64,000 nt of DNA. Source: Nemertoderma westbladi. Its lineage: Eukaryota > Animalia > Xenacoelomorpha. The stretch lies in the NCBI GenBank assembly GCA_032718475.1, contig JAUCBJ010002753.1, positions 1 to 64,000 of the forward strand. The letters run 5' to 3'. Positions 49,589 to 61,031 of this stretch are shown piece after piece (position 1 is the first letter of the stretch; every line of letters starts with the position of its first letter). Below the pieces are notes generated by a model. It saw nothing but the letters and a program-made list of their open reading frames with translations, searched no databases and had not been told where the DNA came from. The translations under genes and the position numbers were made by a program.

Positions 49589-51880
49589 GACAGTGTATCC
49601 TTGTGGCTGTATCCAGGTACAGTGTATCCTCGGCCCTGTGCCTGTGTCCATGTACAGTGTATCCTTGGGCCTGTGTCCATGTCCAATGTATCCTTAGGTC
49701 TGTGTCCAGGTACAGTGTATGCTTGGGCCTGTGTCCATGTCTAGTGTATCCTTAACCTTGAATCCAGGTTCAGTGTATCCTTGTACCTGTATCCACGTAC
49801 AGTGTATCCTTTGGCCTTTGTCCAGGTACAGTGTATCCTTGGTCCTGTGTCCAGGTCCAGTGTATGCTGGGGCCAATGTTCAGGTACAGTGTATCCTTGG
49901 GCCTGTGTTCAGGTACAGTGTATCCTTGGGCCAGAGTCCAGATACAGTGTATCCTTGGGCAGAGTCCAGGTACAGTGTATCCTTGGGCCAATGTCCAGTT
50001 ACAGTGTATCATTGGGCCTGAGGTCAGGTACAGTGTATCCTTGTGCCTGTATCCACGTACGGTGTATCCTTGGGCATGTGTCCCGGTACAGTGTATACTT
50101 GTGCCTGTGTTCAGGTACAGTGTATCTTTGTTCCTGTGTCCAGGTACAGTGTATCCTTGGGCCTGAGTCCAGGTACAGTGTATACTTGTGCCGGTGTCCA
50201 GGTACAGTGTATCCGTGTGCCTGTGTCCAGATACAGTGTATCCTTGGGCCTGTGTCCAGGTACAGTGTATCCTTGGGCCAATGTTCAGGTACAGTGTATC
50301 CCTGTGCCTGTGTCCAGGTTCAGTGTATCCCCCTTATGCCTGTGTCCAGGTACAGTGTATACTTGTGCCTGTGTCCAGGTACCGATACAATGTATCCTTG
50401 GGTCTGTGTCCAGGTACAGTGTATCCTTGTGCATGTGTCCAGGTACAGTGTATCCTTGTACCTGTGTCCAGGTACCGATACAATGTATCCTTGGGCCTGT
50501 GTCAGGTACAGTGTATCCTTGGGCCTGTGTACAGGTACAGTGTATCCTTGGGCGTGTCCAGGTACAGTGTATCCTTGTGCCTGTGTCCAGGTACAGTGTA
50601 TCCCCCTTGTGCCTGTGTCCAGGTACAGTGTATCCTTGTGCCTGTGTCCAGGTACCGATACAATGTATCCTTGGGCCTGTGTCCAGGTACAGTGTATCCT
50701 TGTGCCCTGTGCCTGTGTCCAGGTTCAGTGTATCCCCCTTGTGCCTGTGTCCAGGTACAGTGTATACTTGTGACTGTGTCCAGGTACCGATACAATGTAT
50801 CCTTGGGCCTGTGTCCAGGTACAGTGTATCCTTGTGCCTGTGTCCAGGTACAGTGTATCCTTGTGCCTGTCTCCAGGTACCGATACAATGTATCCTTGGG
50901 CCTGTGTCAGGTACAGTGTATCCTTGGGCCTGTGTCCAGGTACAGGTTATCCTTGTGCCTGTGTCCAGGTATAGTGTATCCTTGGGCCTTTGTCCAGGTA
51001 CAGTGTATCCTTGTGCCTGTGTCCAGGTACAGTGTATCCGTGTGCCTGTGTCCAGGTACCGGTACAATGTATCCTTGGGCCTGTGTCCAGGTACAATGTA
51101 TCCTTGGGCGTGTGTCCAGGTACAGTGTATCCTTAGGCCTGTGTCCAGGTACAGTGTATCCTTGTGCCTGTGTCCAGGTACAGTGTATCCTTGTGCCTGT
51201 GTCCAGGTACAGTGTATCCTTGGGACTGTGTCCAGGTACAGTGTATCCTTGTGCCTGTGTTCAGGTACAGTGTATCCTTAGGCCTGTGTCCAGGTACAGT
51301 GTATCCTTGTGCCTGTGTCCAGGTACAGTGTATCCTTGGGCCTGTGTCCAGGTACAGTGTATCCTTGTGCCTGTGTCCAGGTACAGTGTATCCTCGGACC
51401 TGTGTCCAGGTACAGTGTATCCTTGTGCCTGTGTCTAGGTACAGTGTATCCTTGTGCCTGTGTCCAGGTACCGGTACAGTGTATCCTTGGGCCTGTGTCC
51501 AGGTACAGTGTATCCTTGTGCCTGTGTCCAGGTACAGTGTATCCTTGTGCCTGTGTCCAGGTACAGTGTATCCTTGGGACTGTGTCCAGGTACAGTGTAT
51601 CCTTGTGCCTGTGTTCAGGTACAGTGTATCCTTAGGCCTGTGTCCAGGTACAGTGTATCCTTGTGCCTGTGTCCAGGTACAGTGTATCCTTGGGCCTGTG
51701 TCCAGGTACAGTGTATCCTTGTGCCTGTGTCCAGGTACAGTGTATCCTCGGACCTGTGTCCAGGTACAGTGTATCCTTGTGCCTGTGTCTAGGTACAGTG
51801 TATCCTTGTGCCTGTGTCCAGGTACCGGTACAGTGTATCCTTGGGCCTGTGTCCAGGTACAGTGTATCCTTGGGCCTGTA
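49589..51880 (+). repeat. 29-bp minisatellite (CCAGGTACAGTGTATCCTTG[T/G]GCCTGTGT)n, roughly 75-80 copies
   Basis: Tandem unit read directly; more diverged at the left; a block of about 354 bp is duplicated at the right (ORF starts 51309 and 51663). Confidence 0.97.
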
Positions 51881-52539
51881 ACTAGGTTTTTAGTGTATCA
51901 TTGGGAAAGGGTTAAGGTAATGAAGAGCCAAAGGCGGTTCTCTAGTTTGCAGAAATGTGGACAACCAGGAAAGTTTCCTTTCAATTTGGGTTTAATGGCT
52001 TTGAATAACGCCTCTTTCATTATCTATATAACAATCAATGTCTATTCATATCAATGGCCGTAAGGCCAACACTATTTCCCGTCATTATGAGTGAAAGGAA
52101 AACCAACCCCATGCGAGGGAGTGCCGCATACATTAGGGCCGGCCAACCCAGTATAACACAATGGCTTGGGGCTGCGTTACAAACCCTATGCAACCGCGTG
52201 GATCCACTTTCAATAGATGTGCCGTTATAGTATTGTTGAGCTGATAATGAGATCCAGCCCCATGATCCACTAATGGAAGTGAGATCAATGAACCATCCCT
52301 ATCAGAAAGGCCTTTAATGTAGTCCAATATGCCTATTTTTTATCGGTTATAGATATTATTGCTAATAATGTAGCTTAGCGTAATTAATGGTTTTCTTTTG
52401 GCGACCCCCCCCATGCTGCGTTGAGAGTATATCACTAATTATTGTCAAGTTGGCGTAAAATAAGTCGTGAAATAAAGTATTTAATGTGTTCCTATTGTTT
52501 TGCATTGTAGACTAACGGCGAGTTATATGTCATGGATCA

Positions 52540-54357
52540 TTAAAACCGAACAAACCAACAACCGAAAAAATTAACAAGGTTGAGAAAGCTAAGGACGATC
52601 TTAAATTGGCCTACAACATCAGCCAGGAAAAGTACATACAGGATAAAATTGAAGCAATTACAACTGCTCACATACAGCAACAATCAAAACTTACCCGGCA
52701 AACTGTAAATGAGGTATCTGGTCGGAAAAGTTGTGCAAAGGGGCGCCTCAAAACCGATAGTCCTGAAGAACGTGTTGGGAAGTGGAAAAATCACTTCAGC
52801 AACTTGCTTGGGCAGCCACCAAACTTCGAGGTCAGCCCTACAAGGAAAATATATGACAAGACACTACCTATAGAAACAGGGGACTTCACACCTGCCGAAC
52901 TCCAAAGAAGCATTAAAAGCATGTCCAATAATAAAGCGAGTGGATTAGATGAAATCCCAGCGGAGGTATGGAAAACCGGAGTGCTAAACAGACCATTATT
53001 GAATGTCTGCAACCGGATGTGAAAAGGGGAAAAGCCTCCACCAATTTGGACTAAAGGTCAACTAAAGCCTCTCCCCAAGAAAGGAGACCTCGGTATACCA
53101 ACAAACTATCGTGGGGTCTGTCTGCTTGTGGTAGCTGCCTAAATATACAATAAAATGATTCTATATAGGATTAGGCCTCACATGAGAAACTACTGCGTAA
53201 GAGCCAAAACGGATTTCTACCAAATAGATCAACAATAGCTCAGATACTTGCACTACGGAGACTGATTGAAGGAATTAAGTCAAAGAATCTCCCCGCAGTC
53301 TTGATTTCAAGAAGGCATTCGACACCATCCATAGAGGTAAAATGCTTGAAATCCTAAGAGCTTATGGAATACCAGAAGTAGTTATTGCTGGCATTGGATT
53401 GTTATATTGTGACACAGAAGCGCAGGTACTCTCACCAGAGGCTGAAACTGAGTTTTTCTCAATCCTGGCTGGGGTACTGCAAGGTGACACATTAACACCA
53501 TTACTATTTGTATTTGTGCTGGATTACGCAATGAGGACGGCCACAAAGGGTGAAGATCTGGGATTCACACTTCAAGAACGCAGAAGTAGTAGATATCCGG
53601 CAACTACAGTCACAGACACTGACTTTGCGGATGACATCGCCCTGCTCTCTAATACGCTAGCAGATGCACAGCTTCTACTAAATAAAGTGGAGAGGGCTGC
53701 TGAGGAGGTTGGATTGCATATAAATGCTACCAAGACCGAATGCATGACCTTTAATGTTGATGGAAACTTGACAACCATTGATAATAATCAACTAAGGAAG
53801 GTCGACGACTTCCAGTACCTTGGATCATGAATAGAGAGTAGCAACAAGGACATAGAAGTTAGGAAAGCAGAGGCTTGGGTAGCTCTATCAAAAATGGATA
53901 CCATCTGGAAATCAGATCTCTCCAGGCACCTGAAGACTAAGTTATTTCTAGTCACAGGGGAAAGTGTATTTTTATACGGGGGTGAGACCTGGACACTGCC
54001 TAAATCACTACGCAAGACTACTAAGGGCAGCCCTAAACATCAGCTGGAGACAACACATGACAAACGCCGAGCTTTATGGTACAATACCACCTGTATCAAC
54101 CACACTCCGTGAACGCAGATTAAGATTCAGTGGGCACTGCTGGCGAAGTAAAGACGAGGTCATACCAGATCTACTTCGCTGGCAACCAACTCAAGGAAAG
54201 CGTAGTCGTGGACGACCGGCCATAACATATATAGATCAACTTGAAAGGGATACTGAACTTGGGAGAAACGAAATTGCGACAACTATGGAGAATCGGGAAG
54301 CCTGGAAGATCTCATTTCCACTGTCCGAGTTCGCTCGACCTAGTAGTAGTAGTAGTA
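52540..54357 (+). mobile_element. 5'-truncated RTE-clade non-LTR retrotransposon with a degenerate RT and (TAG)n tail
   Basis: KASGLDEIPAEVWK, PLPKKGDL..NYRG, DFKKAFDTIHR, GVLQGDTLTPLLF, DFADDIALL, FQYLGS, RRLRFSGHCWR, RGRP; stops and frameshifts; TAG repeats at 54341-54357. Confidence 0.92.
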
Positions 54358-55996
54358 TGGTTACTAACTAAATACTATGGTTACAGCTACTGTAGTATGA
54401 TTTGGTATGTGTGTATATGCCAATGCCAGGTTCCCCCCAGGTTAGAACCCCTCTAATGGAAGATGTCAGGAGATTACAGGTGTGTGCGTGCCGGTGATAT
54501 AAATAAACTTAAATAAAAGACACATATATTTTACATAGAATAACCGTATTTCACTTTACGATCTATATAATGAATATTTCAATCACTCAATTCCACTCGT
54601 ACGTTTAAATATTGCCACGTGGCACGGCGTAAAATACGGTCATATTTAACTAAATATAGATGATAATACTTATATACGTTCCGCTTTCATCTCAGATCAT
54701 GAGTCACTCACCACCCAAAAATTGTAGACCCACACAGGTAGGCAGTTAGTTACACGTGTATGGTGCGTGTCATTGATTACATGCATAAATTAAACTCCTG
54801 TCATATCCTCCTGTGTTGGGAGTAGGGGGATTAGCAAATTCGGCAATGACGTCCAGGTGGGATCGAAATGGTGACCTCCAGCATATTTCTTGTAAAAACC
54901 GCAATCTTTCTCTCAGAAGCCAGAAAGCTCCTAAACTATAGCAATTAGTAAATGATTTGTTTCCTCGCCCTTTTCCCGGAAAAATAATTAACCTATGTTT
55001 ACCAAAGTACTGGAACTTCACATAGGACGATAGAACGGCACCTTAAAACATTTAATACTTATAAATGAAAATTGATATAGAATTGATATAGGTTTTTGTT
55101 TATTTATTTATGTTTATTGCATTGTACCCAGCAGACCCACCAGCAGATATGGTGATGGGTTGGATTAATACGCATTGAGCACTGAACTATACACTAGTTT
55201 TACCAAAGAGTTTACCAAAGAGTATTGAACTGAAGTTTATTTAAAATAAATGAAGCAATCGATTAGAACAAGCGGGAAACGGCGCTTTAGAAGAGACGAT
55301 CAATTAAATAAATGACCCTCCCTCAGAGACAGAACTAATGATTGGACACAGTTACACTCTTACTCAATTAGAATTTATGCAGACCCTCTCTATCTTTACT
55401 TTACTGCAATGTTCCACAGCCCCTATTCTACCAACTGTACAGTTATGCACTGCATGCAAACTACAATGTTAAGAAATCATTGACTCTGATTGGTTGGTTG
55501 ACTAGGGCCCAAAGGCGGGAAGCCAATGGAATAAGGTTCCCTCTGTGTTTAGGCATATGATCTGGTTCTGTTTGGTTCTGAAGGCTTGTGAGATATAAGG
55601 GCCCTTCCTTTAAATATGTCATATGTTTAATACTGACACTTATAATAGTAAAACCTGTAAGCAGAAGGCTTCGTATTATTTTTGGTTCCATCTCATCTCT
55701 AGTTTTGTTTGTTGCGTTTGTTTTCCTTAATTTATTTAAATATTGAAGAAGATATTTACAATATTTGATGTGGATGTGATTAACTCAAGGATAAACTTTT
55801 AATAGTAAGTTAAATAAAGTCCAGTATTATTTATCAATATTAATTATACTTGCGTTTTAAATAAAATAATTGTAAAATTGTTTTTCTGAAATATTATTGT
55901 ATAATGTAATTAGTACAATATGACCACCATGTGATTCACATTATTATTTCGGCAGGGGTCAAATGCAATACACTTAATTCTCATTTGTGTTACATT

Positions 55997-56210
55997 GAGG
56001 TGAAAAGGAAATAAAGGGGAGGTGGAAAGGAAATAAAGGGGAGGTGAAAAGGAAATAAAGGGGAGGAAAAGTTAATAAAGGGGAGGTGAAAAGGAAATAA
56101 AGGGGTGGTGGAAAGGTAATAAAGGGGAGGTGAAAAGGAAATAAAGGGGAGGTGAAAAGGAAATAAAGGGGAGGTGGAAAGGAAATAAAGCGGAGGTGAA
56201 AAGGAAATAA
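55997..56210 (+). repeat. 22-bp purine-rich minisatellite (GGGGAGGTGAAAAGGAAATAAA)n, about 10 copies
   Basis: Tandem unit read directly. Confidence 0.93.
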
Positions 56211-59200
56211 ACAGCATTTTTCCATTAGGAACCTTTCCTAACACTCGCATGGTAAATTAAACTTTTAGGGGTCAGTGTGACTGAAGCCTATTTGCTTTTC
56301 CATGTAATAAATAGTTATGTTGACATTCGTTATTTTAATTGCCGGGCCAGTAACCGCAAATAATTATTACAACCTAACCTCAATTACCATTTGTGATTGA
56401 CAAACAATGCTTTTCGCGTACTAATTTAATCCATTATTATCTATTCACATTTGTTTAAAGTGCTTTTATTATCGACCCCGGGCAGCGAGCATTCTTAACA
56501 GCAAAGTGCTTCAGCTGCGAATTAACGACTTAACATACATTAATCAAAGCCATTTTATATCCAAAGTCAAAGCTCATTTGCACAGCAAAGGGTTTTTAGA
56601 TCCTAAAGGGAAAATTCCAATTATTCACGTCTGCAACAGATGCCATCAGAAATGATTTTTTTGCTTCGAAGCCAATTAATTACTGTATTAATAATATATT
56701 TTTGTAAGTTTTGCCATTATTCATTCAGAGTTTCCATAAATTGTAATGGATTTATTAGGAAATGCACTGACACTTTACACCTCATATATTATTATTAAAA
56801 CTGTCGATTTATAATTTTAGTTAATTTACAAGATTCTTGTTGTTTTATCGATGTTATCTGAGGTCGTTGACACATTTTCCATTCTCAGAAAATGATGCCA
56901 TGTTTCAACCTAGTTAGATACAGTAACATGACAATGTTATTTTGTTGCATTTTTCCCATGATAAGAGATAAGTCTTCTGTGACCTTAGTATTTGGCGTGC
57001 TGGTGTGTTGGTTGAGCAAATTTGCTCAAGGTTGGTTCGCCTTGTGTGTTGGTACACTAGTATCCCATGGGGAGAGAGGCCTATAAGACCCCGAATATGA
57101 TCACTCAGTAATACTCAGTGTCCTTATCTTAGTTGAACAAACTTTTACGGTATTGTTTGACTACAATAATGGCGGCCTTAATTTGTAATAATATTGGGGG
57201 TGTAACTCCTACTAAACTCCAATACATGTGCCATTAAATATTTGGAAACGATTGTTCAGTGTTTGGTAAAGATAGCGAGAGTCACCTAAGACATATAATA
57301 TAGTAGGGAAGAAGGTACAAGCCTATTAATATAATAGTTCACCTTGCTTGTTAACTTCTAGTTAATATTTTATCGTTATTATGTTTTAACTTGTCAGTTA
57401 TATTGCATTTGTATACAATAATACCATTCCTACTATACCAGTTTTGATTTTAATCAGGCTGTGCATTTTGTTTCGGTTAGTCTTTCGACAATATAATATA
57501 TGTCTTGTTTATAACTTTGTGGAGCTGTTGTATTCGTGTATTTGAAGACTTTATTTGACTTCCATCATCCCATGTCTTTAGTATGCATTTTTTTCAACTT
57601 AGTCTGAAATTGCCGCCAAAATTTGTAAATATTCAAACTGTTAAATTAGGTAGGCTAACAATTATTTTATCTTATATAGTAAGTAGTCTACAAATCTAAG
57701 TGAATTACATTAACTACATACTACGACGTCGTAAATGCGGGTACAGTAGCTTGCAAGGGCTTTGTCGTATTATTGTCAAGTATTACTGTCGTATCAAGGG
57801 ACCGTCGATTTGATAAATCTATTGAAATTCGGCAATTTAAGTCATAAAATTGGGAATAGGACGGCACGGGCTAGATTTCTTGATATAGAGTTTGATATAA
57901 AAGGGTATAAGGGTCGCGACCTCCAATTAGAGTTACTACTTAGGCCCCCAGAATCTTAGGGATTCTTATTCTACTAGATGTAGCCTATATCGGGCCTCAG
58001 AAAGACCCATTAAACCCTTTCTTTACCCTGGACCTATTGTTCGGTGTTCGGTCAGCTGCATCGAAGCCGCATCAGATATAACTTGTTGTTGATTTCATCC
58101 GGGAAATTAATCTATATATGTGGCCCCATTAGGGGTTCTCTTTCAATTGGTATCTACCCGTAACGCGGGGGGTAGAATAGGGTAGAGGTTGTTGAAATAG
58201 GGCCACAGCATTGTGTCCGATTCCTCTGGTAGGTGGTAGTGGGCACCAAATGCTGTTTAATCGCTCCACTAACTTCGTCCAACAATAGGTAAGCACGGGC
58301 AGATGTTCGTCGTGGTTTTTATCGCATTGCGCTCAGGTCCTTAATTTGACGTTGTCGTTTCGGGGGCCTTATTGCTCCGGGCGAGATTGTGGCTTTGATA
58401 AAAACCCTGACTAGATATTTAGTCATTACCTTTGCCATCATGCGATAAAAAATGCGAATACATTTAGAAAAATTCTTGCATATGTTTCACCTGGACTACC
58501 TACCTACCCGCTATGCCGGTAACTGCACCTCGAAACATTCAACCAAGGTGTTGTTTGAATTCCTGTTCGCTAGGTTTCGTATAGTAGTAGGTCCTCCGAG
58601 CCCCTGTATGTAGTTTCTTGAAGGGCCTTTTGGGCACCTATTTCGTTTCTCCCTGAGCTTTATGGAATTAACGAAACAAACAATGCGTAATTCCTGAATT
58701 GGTGATACCAAAACGAAACTACCCTTTCGTTTATATTTCAACGTATATCAGTGCCATATTTGGTTTTGAAAGCCGGGGGGGGGGGGGGGGGGGGGGCATC
58801 TTCAATTAAGTCAGTAAATTTAATAAACAAAGAAATGCTGTCTAAGTAAGCATTTTTGAGTTTAAAATTTGTGAATTTTAGAATTGTACTTTTATGGACA
58901 GTGGTTGTTGTTACGGACAGTGGTTTATTGGTAGGAAGGAGGTTGGAGGTTGGTGATTTAGCTCACCTCTCTAAGTTGGTTGATATGGGCGTGTAAAGCA
59001 ATAGCAGAAACAAAGAGAGCATAAGGAATCAGGAACAGTATTTTAACGATTTATCGTTCGGTTACCTAACTCACTGTATCCTGCGGGCGGTACTCACAAT
59101 GTTGCCCCTCCCTGCTCAAACAAAATAAATCTACTGCTAAATAAAATACTACAGAATGCCAAGGTACACCCCAGAGTAGCCCACTTACACAGAGGCTTTT

Positions 59201-61031
59201 GTGAAGGTTCATTGCATGCGAACCGCTTTTTGCTTGTCTGAAATCTCAGATGCGCTGTTTTTTCTCATTGAAATGTATTGTTGTTGTCGGTTTGTGGTAT
59301 ATACAGTATATTCGGTGTTAACAATACATTTGTGTAAAACCTATCAATCAGGTACGCCATGTTTGTTTGGTCGACTTCTGTGAAGGGGAGGGAGACGATT
59401 GAAGGTTACATAATAGGTAATACATAATACATAATGGGATTTATTTGGTTTTTTTGCTAATTTGAGAGGCGGTAATAAGTTTAGCAGCCATTTGTTAATT
59501 TTTATTATATTTATTACCTTTTGCGCATTTCATGCACTTTCGAATCCTCTTTTACACTTATCTTTAGACCATCAACTTATTTTATAGCTCTAACATTATT
59601 TTGCATGGGACGACGTTGGGTGACTTTATTGTAAACTGACTTGAAAGAACCGTACTTCAGATGCGACACCGGGGAGGTATACACACTAATTTTCCTACAA
59701 ATATTAATGTTGAAATTTGAACCATTTAGTTTGCAAACTCATCCTGTGTGTGAGTCAGAATATTGAATTTCGTTTTCAAACTTTTTTTACAGGCGCCATT
59801 AATACACATCAATAATGCGCGCCAGTCCCACCATCGCCACATGTATTTGCGAATCTATTTTCCAGCACAGTTACATAAGGTGGCTCTTGAATTTTCGCAA
59901 CAACAGCATATCGCAGAAAGGAAGATGAATGGTGCAATATTGGTTAGACTCTTTTCAAAATGCTTTTATGAAAGTTTTAGGAATGAATATTGAAGTTCAG
60001 ACTTTTCCTTATTAAACTATAATTTAAAATTCTCATTTCATGCGATATAACATGATCATTAAGAATAATCATTTTCACAAAAAATCATTAAGATTTGTAA
60101 AGACACCATAGTAGAGGTAACATTGTGCAATTGGAGTTGTCTTCCATGCCCCGGGGATATGTTGGGCGGGGGTTGTTGTTTAATTCCAGCTTCTAGGGCA
60201 AATACCAATGTTCTAAGATGCCTCCAGGACTTATATGGGTTAACGGGAAGGTTTGGTACGAGGGCATTCATCATTAATTGTTGGAAATATAGATTCCAGG
60301 ATTATATTTGTGGTGATTACAAAGGGACAATCGATTGGTCTGCAGGCTATTACTGTATAGGATGACATATCTTTGGTAGTGAAATAATTTAGATGTTTGT
60401 GTATAAATAGTTGGATACTTGGCATAAATGTGATCCTAAGTAATTATTTCTTACAAAGAACTATCCTATAATATGTTGGCGTTTTGTAATAATATTTTCC
60501 AGGGTCTAGTCCAGTCAACATAATCTTACATAACTATAACCCTATTTTTTCTGTTCATTGTGTATTCCTAAAGATTGTATAGTGAGTGCCAATTCTATTG
60601 AGGGGTTTGTCTAAGTAAGAGCTTAGCCTTCAGTTGATAAACTTAGTATGGCCCTGAACCCCCCCCCCCCCCCCCCCCACCCCCATCCCCCCTCCCATCT
60701 CGTATTAAGTAGTGGCCCAAAGTATAAGTAGTCCTAGAATCGTGTAGATAACGCATTTCCCCAAATTTATTTTGTAACAAATTTATTGTTAAAAATTAAC
60801 CAAAATTCGGAATATTACTATAAAATAAATAATGTGTTAGTTGTAGTATTTAGATAGTTAAAATGCAATTATCTAAATTTTAAGTAATATTTAGTTTTCT
60901 AAATATCAATATTTTTGTATTTTAGAATGAAGTTATATGTTGATGCGATAAATTCTCTCCAATCCATATAATTACATCATATCGTATTTCATTGGCGAAC
61001 TCATTACGGAATAAAACCTTGTCGATCAACC

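Noticed and set aside
49694-52063. Long Cys/Val-rich ORFs of up to 416 aa, resembling keratin-associated or metallothionein-like proteins
   Set aside because: The 29-bp unit lacks stops, so all three + frames and the minus strand are open; this is a repeat artefact.
56330-56700. Enhancer-like cluster of TAAT, ACAAT and ATCAAAG motifs and two AAAGTGCT words upstream of the zinc-finger gene
   Set aside because: Short motifs are expected by chance in AT-rich DNA, no convincing miRNA hairpin was seen, and conservation data are needed.
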